This document shows positions 1 to 12,866 of a stretch of 64,000 bases of DNA, piece after piece. A model generated the notes under the pieces. That model was not told where the DNA came from and made no database searches. It saw only the letters and a list, made by a program, of their open reading frames with translations. This DNA comes from Amoebophrya sp. A120 (lineage: Eukaryota; Protista; Dinoflagellata), in NCBI GenBank assembly GCA_905178155.1, contig CAJINV010000006.1, positions 4,641,795 to 4,705,794 on the forward strand, written 5' to 3'. The translations under genes were made by a program, and so were the position numbers. The first letter of the stretch is position 1. Each line of letters starts with the position of its first letter.

Positions 1-2
1 AG

Positions 3-512
3 GACCGTGCAGCAGGAGCGTCATCGTCAACATCCTGCGAATCTTCGTCAGACGACGCGGACGAGGAGTCGTTCCGCGCTTGTTCCGACGGAGAGCAAGA
101 AGTAGGTGAAGAAGATACAACCCCCAGCAGCTCCGTCTGTACTAGTCGTCTTTCCTGCGACGTCGATGATGATACTGTATCATCTTGTTCGGGAGAGGAA
201 GATCAAGATGCTTCGTCCGACTACACCGGAACATCTTCTAGTAGCCCGTGCAACAACTCCCCTACGTCTGACGCAAGAGGACCATGGTCGTCGGATTTTT
301 CTCCTAATGTGGGAAAGCTGGCAGTCGCAGGGGACGATGTCGACGGAGATGAATCTGTGGATAATGTGGAAGATGCAGGAGCGGATGTTTCTCATGCGGA
401 AATGGAAGATGAAGAACAATTTTTACAACAACAGCGAGAACAGAGGGACGAGGCGTTTGTGAAAATGTTGAAAAAGGTGATGCAAAAGGCGCTCGAAGAT
501 GAGGTGCAATAA
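3..512 (+). CDS. 3' end of an acidic, Ser-rich hypothetical protein (5' part outside the window)
   Basis: Frame open from base 3 to TAA at 510-512 (...DEAFVKMLKKVMQKALEDEVQ*); no recognisable domain. Confidence 0.6.
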   Translation, partial: DRAAGASSSTSCESSSDDADEESFRACSDGEQEVGEEDTTPSSSVCTSRLSCDVDDDTVSSCSGEEDQDASSDYTGTSSSSPCNNSPTSDARGPWSSDFSPNVGKLAVAGDDVDGDESVDNVEDAGADVSHAEMEDEEQFLQQQREQRDEAFVKMLKKVMQKALEDEVQ

Positions 513-2075
513 AACTAGGAAGCCTTCTACAAGTAGCACGAGCGCGACAGGATAACGATAAGTGCAAGCTTCCTCTGTGCCTGTCCTATCCTCGTAAGTA
601 GGTCGTTGTGTGCAGGAAACAGAAACTACTGTTGCAGCACTGTGGTGAGAAACGAAGTTATCCTCTACTGGGTCTGTCTCTGTCCTACTAAAGGCGAAGC
701 TGGAGAATCAATTATCTTTTTTTAATGCGAAAAGGAAAATTCTCTCCGTTCGAACAATCCAAGTTCGAGCTGGTAGTTCAAAGTACTAGTTTGAGTTTCT
801 TCCGTGATGTTTTTTTATCGAGTTCATCACTTACACTTTCATTTAGATGACTTTTATCGCAAGAATTGCGATTCATCCTTTCATTGAGCAAGTCTGTCGT
901 GCTAAAAATTGTATGACCAGAATAAAGAGTAAGAGTCGGTACGCAAGTCAAGTATTTCATCTAAACAAGCAAGAGCACGAGCCCACGTTAGCGCATTGAT
1001 GATGTACAGAGTTTTAGCTTTTACGTTGGCAGAGCCATTCATTTCTAATTCGATTTTTGGAATCCGCATCCAGTTCTGGACGTTGTTACACTTTTTTTTC
1101 AAACGCCGAAGATCGGCTTTCGACGTACTTGCATGTATGGACCATGACGACCAACCGCGACCACGTCCACGTTTCAACAACTGTATATATGAGGATGAGC
1201 ATTGACGTGACATGCGATTATATCACGGCGGATTTCTTCGTCTTTGACTTTGTAATATCGAAGCCAACATTTCGCACTGCTTGGCTCCATTTTGACTACA
1301 ACACCATAACAAAAGAGATTAAACTTCAACACCGGACGAGCGGCGGTAATTGTATGACGTTCAGAAGTAGATTCCTCAATACGACCCACCTACCCTTCTT
1401 GGGTGGAGCCGTGTTCGTAACGATTTTAGCAGTTTTTACAATGGAGCGGCCCGTTGTTGTTCTGAGTTCTGACAGTTGTTCGTGACATGAGACCAACTAG
1501 TGTTTATTACACCTGTGCGGCGAAAGTGACACCGAAAGCGAAAAGTTGTTTGCAAACGCGAGTATGCAGCTGCGCTGCGCGATCGATCAAAGCCGTTTAT
1601 CTTTATGCCTTCGCTTTTATTTCGTGGCAGCCTCGTCGTAATTATCGCTCCTCGTCGTCGCAATTATTCGTCGTCGGAATCCGAATCGTTTCATTCCTGT
1701 TGGGTTGATATGTTTTTCTTTGTCGCATTCGCTTTCGAGCAGTCGATACGCTGCGTTTATAAATTCTGAAAAACTTCTACTCAGTCGTCGATCTGTTATT
1801 GAATAGGCTGACAGCAGCTGCACATGATCAAGACACCTGTTCATGGAAGAAGATGCATGTCGAGGACCACATTCACCCGCCCACAAAAATTGTCCACAAC
1901 TCCAGGAGTATAATCGGTGAAGAACGACGAGTTGAAAGCGCACCGCAAGTAGCTTTTCGTCCGAGTTCGCGAGGGACGCGTTTTATTCTTGCGGAGGACG
2001 AGAACTTGTTTACTATTTCTTGAAGAACAGGTGAAACACGTGTGCACGTCGACCTGCAGGTCTTGCAGTGAAAAC

Positions 2076-3737
2076 ATGGCGAGCTTCATCCCGAGCAGCC
2101 GGCATTATCTGCAGAACGCCGTGCAGAACTTGTTCGAAAAAAACTTACAGCTGGCCACGGAGGAGGCAGAACAGCGCGGAGCGGACATCCAGCAGTATTA
2201 CGAAAACCGGCCGTATATGCCTCGCAAAAGCATTGTCGCCGTTCTTGTCCTACTGTACTACTAGCGGAAGGCGCATGACAAACTTGCTCAACATGAGGAA
2301 AGGGGTTTCTCATGCGTATTTTCCCAAACACAGAGGTTTTGTAATTGTATAGCAATATTTGCAACGAACAGCACGGTAGCGTCGATACTTTTGCAAAGGA
2401 TACCGTACGAGTGGGGTCCGAAGCTAGACAAGCTGAACGAAGATGGCGTCATTTTGTCTCCGCCAGACAAGAAAGACTACATCAACCTGCCCCTCGTGAA
2501 GACGATTCAAAACCCCAACAACCCGTACTCCCGAAACCCCAAGTCCGACAATTTGATCCTGAATCCAGGGAAAACGGAGGAGATATGCATGGCAACAGTA
2601 TTGTTATCGTAGTCGTACTAGTAGAAATTATCGCATGACAAATGTCGTCAGCATGAGAAATAGAATTTTTCATTCTGATGCGCGTTGGAAAGGAGATTTA
2701 TCGTGCATAATTGCAATTACTATCTACGAATACGATGCTTTTGCACATGATAGCAGAACCGGCGGAACAAGTTCGAGAAACTGGTAAACTGGAGCAAAGA
2801 GAATCTACACGACAAAAACAATATCCACTGCAAAAGTAAAAGTATCGTACTAGTCCAGCTAGTGGTGATTGCATATACAAATTTGCTTGGCATGACAAAT
2901 GGAATTTGTATGTAATGCTGTTTTACCTTAGCCTTAGGAAGGTGGGAGATCTGTGATGCATAACTGCAATTAATAGTACAACGAGTGCGATATTACTTTT
3001 GCAGTGCATGAACAAGTTTGACGTGGACAGCACCAAGACGGAGGATTTGGGCAATATGCTGCGTTACTTTCGGGAAAACGTGCCCTTTGCCCAGAAACAG
3101 AAGATAGCCAAGCGGCTGCTGGATGAAGCCAAGGCGAGCATATTCGATATCCAAGTGGGGGAGAACTTTTGTCTGGCATAGCATGATTTACATAGGGTGA
3201 TGTGCATCTTCAAGGTGGATTGTGCTTTTGTTATTTCTGACATCAGATAGGTGGGCAGTATCAGCTTCAGCACACAGTAAGAAGCTGCGCTGGCCACAAG
3301 CTTTCAATCACAAGATGTGATTACACAAGGCTGTATTGGTGCCTTGTCAAGGCACCAATTTTTACACAGCAGCAAGGTCGTGCAATGTCCAAACAATTTT
3401 CTTCATCTACGTTGGATACCTGGCTTAGAAGAGTTCCGAGCGCCGATACCGATTCCTGGAGGGATACGAAATGGCTTTGCAGAGGACAAGTTCTTTGAGT
3501 TGTCAAATCTTTATGAAGGGGGCTAGTTTGTCATGCAATGGATGCATGACCATGAGAGGGCGCCTTCACAGCTGCACGCTAAGACGGACCTGCTGGTGCA
3601 CGGGATAATTTTCATCGTGCTTTTGCATCGTTCGACACGTTTAGGTGTTTGAATACAATGGCACCGACGCAAAGAGCTTTTTTCCTTCATACCCGCGGCA
3701 GAACGTCGCGTACCCGAAAATGGAGGAGTTTTTTTGA
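2076..3737 (+). CDS. Hypothetical protein, 6 exons
   Basis: MASFIPSSRHYLQN...; frame restored by removing elements 2216-2402, 2584-2752, 2822-3010 and GT-AG introns 3155-3571 and 3596-3701; ends ...LHAKTDLLNVAYPKMEEFF*. Confidence 0.7.
2216..2402. mobile_element. Introner, family B (TATnnnTGCAAAAGYATCGYAC TIR)
   Basis: TAT..ATA, DR CCGTA/CCGTA, frame restored. Confidence 0.85.
2584..2752. mobile_element. Introner, family B (degenerate)
   Basis: DR GGAGA/GCAGA. Confidence 0.8.
2822..3010. mobile_element. Introner, family B
   Basis: DR AACAA; ends CATG instead of CATA. Confidence 0.85.
3155..3571 (+). other. GT-AG intron (a second one at 3596-3701)
   Basis: Frame restoration only. Confidence 0.55.
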
Positions 3738-4573
3738 AGAATGAAGCAACACTACAGTGTATAGACAATGCGATCAATGAATTGCACCAGCACCAGACTC
3801 GATAGAATCAAACTCGCCTGGTCTCCTTCTTGTTCTCTTCCCGTCGAGGATGAGGATGACGCTCAACACGGACCACTTGCAGCTGGTTTTTGCTGGAGAG
3901 CTGACAGATACTAGTCGTCTTGGGATATCTATGTGTTCTGCAAAGTAGTCTCCACGGTTTTATCCGTCCGGTGTCCTCGTCGTGGTTTCTTGCGCTGAAG
4001 AATCACGGTGCCACATCTTATTCCAATCGGTTCTTGCAGATGGTGATTACTGTCAGATTTGAAGTCTAATACTGCTGTCCACGTCGGCACGTCTTCTACT
4101 GCTTCTATTGGATGTGTCGCTAGCCGATCATTCAGGATGAATGGTAAGTAGTTTTTAGCTGGACGACAAAGTACGGAACAAATTAATAAAACCACAACTA
4201 CGGAGACGGATGAAGAGAATGGTCGAACTTAATAGAAGGTGGGAGTCATGCACAAGGAGTTGTTTGTAGTTTGAGAGTTAATGATGACGAAGTACTGCGT
4301 CCCGTAGTGCTAGTCGTTGCACTAGAGTAGAAACTAGTACAACATCATGCAGCGAGTGCTGAAAGTTGGTGTTGGAGAGCTACAGGCGCTTCTATCAGTA
4401 CCGCAGCAACTTGCTACTTTAGAGTAGTTCTACTTTGTTTTCTCATACTTGTGATGAACGTAAAACAACACAGCTTGTAGTTCAGCTGTTCTTTTCATTC
4501 TCTGCACAAAGCTCTTCTCGCCATGACGAGATAAAAGCACCTGTATATCTGATATTATCAGCACAAAAGAAAA

Positions 4574-5283
4574 ATGGACGTCACCTTTCGCGCGATCCTG
4601 TCGTTCCCCGCGGGCACCGGCGAAGCGCGGGAACAGCTAGAGAAGGTCAAGCGACTCGCGTACCCAAGAAAAAAAGATTGTAGGAGGTGTAACTTTTTTG
4701 GCTGATCAGCAATACAAATCTGTTTGGCATGACAGCAGAAACCTGTCATGCGCAGATAGCACGTCAAAACGCGCTTCCTGAATGGACCCTGCAATGCACC
4801 ATGTCCAGCATGACAGACGCAATCCTCTTACGTGTTGCGCACTACACACTTACACTAGCAATGTTTTTTTCCTGCATATCGCGAATCAGCGCTTTATCGC
4901 GGAGGACGATGGGAAGATGATGCTGTCCCTGCTGGAATCCCTGGCCTTCGAGCACAATTACGCGGGCGGACTGTTTATCATGGGAGAACTTTTTCGCAAC
5001 GGCGATTTCTCGCCCGGAGTGGAAGTGGATGTGGAAAAAGTACATGTGTTTTTCTTTGGTGTACGTACAACAGCGATATTTTCTGATACAACACCTGGCA
5101 AATATTCTCTTTTTCTCTTTAGAAGTGCAAACAACACACAAAAACACGATCTCACAGGCCATCGCATACTACATCCTGACCCTGGCACACCCCCTGATCC
5201 GCAAAGTCGTTGCGGAAGCGATGTTGCAAGAAATCGGGGCGTTCCTGTTGCAGAATTACAAGATATGCGAGTCGAAAATTTGA
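4574..5283 (+). CDS. Small helical protein with a Sel1-like repeat, 3 exons
   Basis: MDVTFRAILSF...; removing element 4661-4878 and GT-AG intron 5040-5157 gives GLFIMGELFRNGDFSPGVEVDVEKAIAYY, resembling the Sel1 pattern. Confidence 0.65.
4661..4878. mobile_element. Introner, family D (TATCCAAGAAAAAAA..TGTAA TIR)
   Basis: DR TCGCG; starts TAC. Confidence 0.85.
5040..5157 (+). other. GT-AG intron
   Basis: GTAC..CAG; joins DVEK to AIAYY. Confidence 0.7.
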
Positions 5284-5422
5284 TTATTGATTAACGATCG
5301 TACGTGACACGTACAAAATGCATGACGAGCCTCTGGAGCCACGCTTATTGGTATTCGAGGCTGTTCCTCTCTCTGCGTTTTTGTAATGCTGAACAAGATA
5401 CGCATACGCATACGACAATCAT

Positions 5423-5730
5423 TATGGGACTGTCAGGATCGAAATCGACAAAATCGAAATAATCTGTAATGCATAAAAATGCTACGCAAAAAGCGACTCT
5501 ATTGCAGAGGATGCAAGGAAGGCGGATTGTAGTCCTGGTAAGGGTTAAGTGTTGGGCTGCTGACTAGCATGACAGAAGGCAGCTCTTTTGCCCTAAACCG
5601 CATAACAGATTCGCTTCCAGGACGAGGAGAATTTGTCATGCGCCGACTACAAACTGTGGGTCTAACTGGCATCGATTTTGTGCATCACAAGTTTTTCGAT
5701 TTTGTCCATTTCGATTCTGACACTTCCATA
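5423..5730. mobile_element. Family E element (TATGGAnnnGTCAGnnTnGAAATCG TIR), intergenic/UTR
   Basis: DR ATCAT; long TIR; lies outside any CDS. Confidence 0.9.
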
Positions 5731-5859
5731 ATCATAGACTACTGTGGTCATAGATCAGGGCTCTATCCCATCGTGTAGTACTACGGTTGTAAATACTAGA
5801 TTTTTTTTTGCTGTCGACACTTCACCCTGCAGGAAAAGTACGCGAAGGAGGTCGGGGTC

Positions 5860-8800
5860 ATGATTGAGCGGGACGTTCTGTCTGCGGAGGTGCTGCGGTT
5901 TTTGCAGTATGCGCTGGAAAAGAAAGAGGAGGAAACAGTGGAAGGACGTGAAAATGGATTGAGCTTTCACAAAGAAAATGACGGCTCACCTTCGTCCCTC
6001 CTTCTCCTCCCGGCGGAGGACGCAGCAAACACTAGCGCTGCTTCCGGGAATATCGCAGGAAAAAAGTGTTACAGTTACGCATTTGTTGCAATTTCAGCAT
6101 CACAAAGTTGCTCTGCATGGCGAAGAAATAAACTTGTAATGCGCAGACTATAAGGGAAAACACAAATGAAATGAGGCTGGCAGGCATTTCCTGCATGACA
6201 GAGGTTGTCTGTCTTGCTTGTATTCCATCAGCGTGTGTAACTGTAACACTTTTTTCTCAGGATAGGGAAATCCAAGAAGCAGCAGGACGAAGAAGCACGG
6301 AAACTAGAGTATAACCTGCTCAGGTATTTACAATCTCAAACGTTACAATAGAGTCTGCAACTTGTGTTGCAATAAGTGCATTATCTAGCGGCCAACTCTA
6401 ATAGAATTGCGCATGACAAGTTCCGGAGTCCGAAGCCGCGCTACAATCTTGCGAAATTTGTGTTGCAGAAAGTGGAATGGTGTCCGAGTCTGTCATGCTC
6501 GTCACGCAATACATAACCCAGACTCTATTGTAACAGTTGAGATTGTAACGTTTGAGCAGGTCATATAGAGGCGGCCAAGCTGGACAAGGCGCAAGGGCTG
6601 AAAGAACAGGCAAATGTATCTCAAGGGAACTACAAGTAGGAAGGCTCCTTGGCCAGCACATGATGTGTACCATCAATATCCTCGAATTATGCGTGTTCCC
6701 TAGCACAGTCACACAGCTGCACCTCCAAAAGCGCTTCTGTTTATACACAGCATCTTCTCAAAACTTTGTAAAAACAAGTTGTGGTTGTATGTGCGCAGAC
6801 AGTCAGATGTCTGAAAGTCTGCTGAACTACTACGCTGATGGTACATTCTCGTCGAGTTACACCAGGAGCAAGAGCATTTTTTCCATCGCATAACACGACC
6901 TGTATCGCTTGGGCATTGTCCCGGGAAACGCGAACGGAAAGAAGCAGCTCCTCGAAGCTGCGAAAATCTTATGAGAGAGAGTGCACAACCCCCCTCGCCC
7001 TCATTTGTTATGCAAAACGCCAAATCCAAGCGCTTGCCTGTGGCACTGTTTGCATCACAGATTCCGGAAGCCCAAACAGTTGTACTACACTAGGCGCATA
7101 AGTCTGTCATGCACAGGCTCCACGTGTGGTGGTGTTTGTATTGCTGTTCATGCAATACAAATGAGGGGGAGGGGGAGTTGTGCACTGTCATAAACCTACG
7201 AGGAAGCCTTTGAAGTCGTAGACCGAGCAGATTTATTAATTGCAAAAGTATCGTACTAGTGGGTACGTAGTAATTGCAATGCAAATTTGCTCAGCATGAC
7301 AAGTGGAATTTGTCATGCTCATTTGCCTTGGAAACCAGATTTGTAATGCATGACTGCGATTTCTACGAGTGCGATGCTTTTGCAATGCATAAGATTTCGT
7401 CTATCTTTCCAACGCCAGCCAAGCCTACTCGAAGGCAGGGGAGTGGGGAAAAGCGAAGGAAAAAGCGGAGTTGGGCCTGGAATTGGTGTCGAAGCAGGAG
7501 ATGGACGCGATCGCATCAAACAAAGGCGGAATGAACAAGTCACAAAGGCTGCAGAAATTCGGTATTAAATTCAAAATGCTCTTTCTATTTCCCTGCTACA
7601 CAAGCCGTTGTGTTTTACTTTTACCGAAACAGAACAAGAACTTGTGCTGCAGAATCTTCCAAGAGAGAGCACCTATGTCATGCAAGAATTATGCAATCAT
7701 GTAAACTCAACCAGGTTTGCCGAAGAAGAAGCTTCTTTCTCGGCTAGGTCTCGCGCAGGTCCGGCTTGGAACGCACAAAGCCGCTGCGGAAAATTTGAAC
7801 CAGGCACTCTCTATCAAATGCAAATTCGTCTGGGTCTGGAAGAGTCATGCTGCTTTTGCATGACACAGAAGGTCTGGCATGGAAGCTCTTGCTCTAGCAT
7901 CACAGGTTTCGAGAAGCTTCCGCAATGCCGAACCCGCACGACAAATGCCCCACTTTGGTGAGAAAATGCGGACAGCTCTTGCTGCCTATGCATCGGAGAT
8001 TTTTTATTTGCGTTCTTGTGTAATGCGCATCACAAGTTTGCACTCTTCCAGACCCAGACATATTTGCAATGCATACTTTCCCTCTCCGTCCAACTCGACA
8101 AGCTACGGGAAAAATCCACCGTTACGACGAAAAGCAAGGCCGTCAGTGAGCACGAGTCCTTCTGTCAGGAAGTTTGGGAAATCTGCAAGGAGATCCCGCG
8201 CGGTACCTTGCCGGAGGACCACGAATGGGCGGTTACTACGGGCCAGCTAGAGAAGATTCACAAGCCGGATTACAGCCAGATGGAGCACCGCATCTGTGGC
8301 GTGTGGGAGTACGGCGTGGCGAAGGCAAAACCCGGCGAGCCCAACCCAGCCCAGCAGAAGAAGAACCAGAAAGTTGAAGTGAAGAAGAACCAGTTTAAAA
8401 TCGAGATGGTTCCGGACCTTCTCACCGGAAAGGCGATCAAACTTCTTTACCGTATCCAGGAAAAAAACTGTGTAAGTGTAACTGTGTAGGAAGAGCAGCA
8501 TCACAAATTCGCTTTGCATGATTACAGGGAAAACCTGTCATGCGCAGCTAGTACGTGGAAGCACTTATGAACAAAGTAGCCGATGACGCAGATCCAGGAT
8601 GACAACCGTAACAGTTTTGCACTTTCTGCATTACACGTAGTTTTTTTCTTGCATATACCGCGAAGACGAAGTAACGGTCGAACTGATGCAGGACTACTTG
8701 TTATCGAAAGGAAAAATCCCCCCTCCCCATATCGAAAACGAAATTTGTGATGCTGTATTTGAGGTCACAAATCGACTTGTCATGCTAGAAGGCCAAGAGC

Positions 8801-11800
8801 CGCAGTCGTGGCCTCGTTTGCAGGCAATTTGTCATGCTGTTTCCCACTCTCAGCTGCCTCCTATCATGCTGAAGATGCAAGGCTTCCCCACGCCACCCAG
8901 CACTACAGTCCGCATCTTTTCCCGTGTAGCATAACAACGCTGATTTGTGACAACAAATCTGCATCACAGATTTCCGTTTTGATATGGGGAGGGGAGATTT
9001 TTCCTTTTGATACTTGTGTCAGTGGCACGGAGACTTCGAGCTCATCCCCGGCATGCTGTTAAAAGTGGAGTTCGAACTATCAAATGCAAATCTGTCTAGG
9101 TGGTCTGGAAAAGTGCAACGTTTGTCATGCACGTTTTGCATGACGCGTGACGTGAGGTCCGTGATGCGCCATGCCCTAGCATCACAGATTCTGTGAGATC
9201 TTTTCCATGCCTTTTCCACATGAGAAGCTGCCTCTCGGCCTTCTCAAAAGTGAAGAGCTTTATTGGTAATCTTCATGCAGCACGACAGATTTTTGTATGA
9301 TTCAGATTTAGCATGACAAGTTGTACTTTCCCAGACCTTGACATATTTGCAATGCATTCAAACCATCCATGGACCAACTCACCGTCGCGTTTGTGCCGCC
9401 ACCCGAGGAAGAAATGACTGACGAATTTCGGGAAAAATTTGGCACCATGGGCATCCAAAAGTTCACAGCTACGAGGGGCAAAAAAGAGGACAACAAAGAC
9501 GCGAAAAAAGGAGAAGAAATAAAAGCCGGTAACACTAGTACATCATCCTCTGAAGCAGGTAGTGCGAGTGCGTCGTCAAATAGTGCCACTACAGCATCCT
9601 CTACAACTTCTGCGTCGTCACAGCGCCCGGGAGGTGCAGGTGGTACTGGAACTGGTACTATCAGTAGCGGAAATGAATCTGCCGGTAGCTGCAGTACAAC
9701 AGCGTCATCATCTTCTCGCGCTCCCGTTGCAGCTTCCGTCCCTCGTTTTTGCGTGCACACCTGCAAAGCCCAACCTTCTCTAGTTGGTGAGTACGAAATT
9801 TGTGTAGCGGCGAACGACAGTACAACCGATAAGGAACTTCAGGCCGCGCTGAGGAACACCGGCGTGGCACTCTGCTACAGGAAGAAGCAACTAGCGGGCC
9901 AAGGTCTAGACGGCGCGAATCTTCTATCCACAGTAAATTTCCCGTACACGTACAAATGAAACCAACGCGGTCTCCGCATGAGCATGACAAAACTTGGCTT
10001 CGATCCTAGTTTCGCATGACAAGTTTTACAATCCAAATTGGTGAAATTTGTGATGCATCTTGTACATGTACGGGAAATTTGTATTGCATATCTTCAAAAG
10101 CCCGTCTTCGCGTGGCAGCGGTCCGGCCAATGGGTCTTCACGAACAAAATCGACAAGAGCCCGTTTAAAGCGCCGTTTTTACTGCGGTGCGCCAACGCGA
10201 AGGGCCCGAGTCCCGTGGAGCTGAAACCCAGGCCGGTCTGGTTCGCGGCTACGAAGAAAGCCGGGCAGGAAGAAATGGATAAGACCGTGGAAATTTCCAC
10301 GAACAGTTTGATGCAGTCGTGTGCTGCAGAAGATGTTGGCACTGTAAATCTTCTTCGAGCTGAAAGTGAGCAGCAAAGGTCCTCTGAACAAGGAGACGAC
10401 CAGCTTCAAGAACAGGCGAAGAGCCCCGCAGGACGACCACTAAAGCATCAAGGGGCGGCGGACACAGAAGGAGACACGAAAAGCTCGCGCGAGGGAGAAA
10501 TGCTCGCAGGTGAAAATGAAGCAGAAGGTCATCTTCACGCTCCGCGGGGACAAGCAGCTGCAGCAGCAACGGGAGGACGACTATCCGCAGCTTCATCAAC
10601 ATCGTCCTCGAGCAGGGAAGCAGAGGGAAGAAAGCGAGAAAATTCGATATTTGTTCCACACGCCCTGTACATCGAAACCTCCGGTTCATTGTCCTTTTGC
10701 AGCAGCTGTAATACCTCTTCAAACAGTGGCCGAAATGATCAACAATCGGAGCTTGATGCGTCTGAAGCAAGCAGGGTCCCCGTCGACCTCCTGTTGAGCA
10801 ATGATAATGATGTTTCGGGATTCTACGCGTTGTCAGCTGCAAGTCGAAAGAAGTTGCCAAACGAGGAAAGTTATGTTTTCTACCAGCACACCACAAAGCC
10901 GCACTTGCGGTTTGTGATACGGGAAGAAGTGCAAGAAGATAAACTCCGGGAGTTTACCATCGTAGATCACGATCGCGGGGGTCTCGTGTTGGCGCGGTGG
11001 AAGGACTTTGGCGACACCAAAACCAGAAGTAGGGGTAATGGTACATCAGCAGCACCAGCAGTGGAGGGACAAGCAGGCGGGGACGATGCTGAACAAGACG
11101 TTTTTGACGTACCGCTGCCATGGATAACACTTTGCACTGCAACTGGTGCTGCAAAGAACACCAATACCGTTCTTGGCCGAGGATCATATAGTGCTTCTTC
11201 TTCTTCTACTTCTTCTTCTTCTTCCGACTGGGCCTGGGAGCGGGAAAAGAATCCGGAAAAGCACCACACGAAGCTTTCCTACACCGATATAACCTGCTCA
11301 GCTGTCACAATCGCGAATCGGTTGCCATGATGGACATCTCTCCTGATGCAAAAAGTGCATCAGCTAGTCCAATATCACAAGAAGATTACGCGGCATGACA
11401 AGTTCCTTCTCCCAAACCTGATGTTTAGGGAATCTGGCCAAATTTGTATATACGAAAAGCACAAGACTGCTCGGAATGTTCCCCATGCTGTCTATGCAAC
11501 ACAGATTCCAGCAGATTCTAAGGTAAGAACCGATTTGAGGTAGTGACAGTTAAGCGGGTCATAACCGAGTCCCGGATTATGGAGCGCGACCGGAAAATGC
11601 GAGTCATAATGTGTCCTTCGTTTTTGGGAGGCGTAGACGGGTCCTCGCCGGGAAAGCTGGAGTTCAAACATGCTTCGGATCAGGAGGATGATGGGTCGAC
11701 GTCTACTGTTGCTACTGCTGGTGCGCCGGTGCAAGCGATGAGTACCAGGACAAGCAACAAACTAGTTCCAGTGCTCGAGCTTTGGGGAGTGCCTCCTGCG

Positions 11801-12866
11801 TCCGCAATAGAGTCGGCGGATGGTCAGCCTCAACCTCTTGCTAGTGGAAAGAGAAATCAAGAAGGCAAATCCAGCGACATCGACGGTATAATGGAAGCGG
11901 ATAAAAAAGTAGAACTTGAACAACAGAATCGGGAAGTAGTTGATGTGGAGACGATCCAGCCAAGTCCGCCCGAAAGAGAAGTCGTTCAACTGAAGCATTG
12001 CGAGGTGGATTATTCACAAGAAAAGATCCATTGTCCCCATCTTTCAATTTGTCATGCAAACCATGCACAAAGAAAGCGCTTCGCTTGCCCTCCAAAAAAA
12101 GGATAAAGGAAGGATGATTTTTTTTCTGTGGATATGGATCTGAATGAAGCTGAAATCACCGTGGCTTACAAGACCGAGGCGTTTCGGGTATGGGATTCAC
12201 CTCAAATCAGTTACATTGTCAACAACGATTTGCCATGCAAAATTGCCGTCAGGCTCCAGCACACGATGAAGCTGGCTAGCATGACAAATTCTGGAACGGA
12301 GGTACTTAAAAAGGATCGCATGGAAAGTAGAACTATCCGTTCCTAATCTGTAATGCAAGAGACGCAAAAGATCAATGTGATTGACGAGGAGGAGGACTCC
12401 ATATCGGGTGCGAAACGTGTTTGGCAGTGCGGAGGTGATATCCTGTGCAAACTTTTTATCGTACTCGTAGTTGTAATCGCAATCATGCATGGCAAATCTC
12501 CATCCCAAGGTATTAAATCAGCTTGACAAATTCCATTTGCCATGATGAGCTAAAAATTTGTATTGCAATTACTACTCGTGCGATGCTTTTGCAATTCATA
12601 GGTCAAGGTGAAATACAACAAGAAGGGGAACAAGTTGGTGTTTACGTATCCAAGAAAAAAACGTTGTTAGTGTAAATTTGTGATGCGCAACATGCAAGAT
12701 GATTGCGTCTGTCAAGCTTGGCATGCGTCGTAGAGTCCATTAAAGGGCGTTTTCACGTACTATCTGCGTATGAGAGGTTTTTGCTGTCATGCCAGACAAA
12801 TTTGTAATGCTGTTCCTCCAAAAAAGTTACACCTACAATGTTTTTTTCTTGGATATTACGGCATGA
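5860..12866 (+). CDS. Large TPR-domain protein with C-terminal CS/PIH1 (HSP20-like) domain; probable HSP90 co-chaperone
   Basis: After removing 14 elements and at least 1 GT-AG intron: TPR helices LKEQAN..EAAKIYEEA, VYLSNASQAYSKAGEWGKAKEKAELGL, KLLSRLGLAQVRLGTHKAAAENLNQAL; C-terminus VKVKYNKKGNKLVFTA*. Exon structure at 6616-6960 is unresolved. Confidence 0.65.
6051..6264. mobile_element. Introner, family D-like
   Basis: DR GGGAA; TIR GAAAAAAGTGTTACAGTTAC. Confidence 0.9.
6310..6565. mobile_element. Introner, family I (TATRACCTGCTCA TIR)
   Basis: DR TAGAG. Confidence 0.9.
6970..7192. mobile_element. Introner, family C (TATGAnAG..TGCACAAC..CCCC TIR)
   Basis: DR AATCT/AACCT. Confidence 0.85.
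7234..7391. mobile_element. Introner, family B
   Basis: DR AGATT. Confidence 0.9.
7562..7714 (+). other. GT-AG intron
   Basis: GTAT..CAG; joins TPR helices in frame. Confidence 0.7.
7812..8075. mobile_element. Introner, family A (TATCAAATGYAAAAATGTCTGGGTCTGGAA TIR)
   Basis: DR CTCTC/CTTTC. Confidence 0.9.
8453..8655. mobile_element. Introner, family D
   Basis: DR TACCG. Confidence 0.9.
8702..9012. mobile_element. Introner, family G (TATCnAAAGGAAAAATCCCCCCTCCCCATAT TIR)
   Basis: DR CTTGT. Confidence 0.9.
9078..9358. mobile_element. Introner, family A
   Basis: DR CGAAC/CAAAC; ends ATT. Confidence 0.85.
9925..10090. mobile_element. Introner, family J (TATCCACAGTRAATTT..CCCGTACA TIR)
   Basis: DR TCTTC. 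Confidence 0.9.
11288..11563. mobile_element. Introner, family I
   Basis: DR ACCGA. Confidence 0.9.
12011..12134. mobile_element. Introner, family F (degenerate)
   Basis: DR TGGAT. Confidence 0.85.
12189..12403. mobile_element. Introner, singleton K (TATGGGATTCACCTC..GAGGAGGACTCCATA)
   Basis: DR TCGGG; restores AFRVRNVFGSAEV. Confidence 0.85.
12439..12600. mobile_element. Introner, family B
   Basis: DR GGTGA/GGTCA. Confidence 0.85.
12647..12855. mobile_element. Introner, family D (opposite orientation to 4661)
   Basis: DR TTACG. Confidence 0.9.

Noticed and set aside
6616-6960. Additional intron(s) in the first TPR motif
   Set aside because: Clearly interrupted, but I could not fix boundaries (one long degenerate element vs two introns around a YYADG micro-exon).
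12188-12370. GT-AG reading of this intron (and of 63684-63829)
   Set aside because: TAT..ATA boundaries with perfect 5-nt DRs (12189-12403; 63667-63828) fit better; for the first, the GT-AG reading also puts the CS-like C-terminus out of frame.
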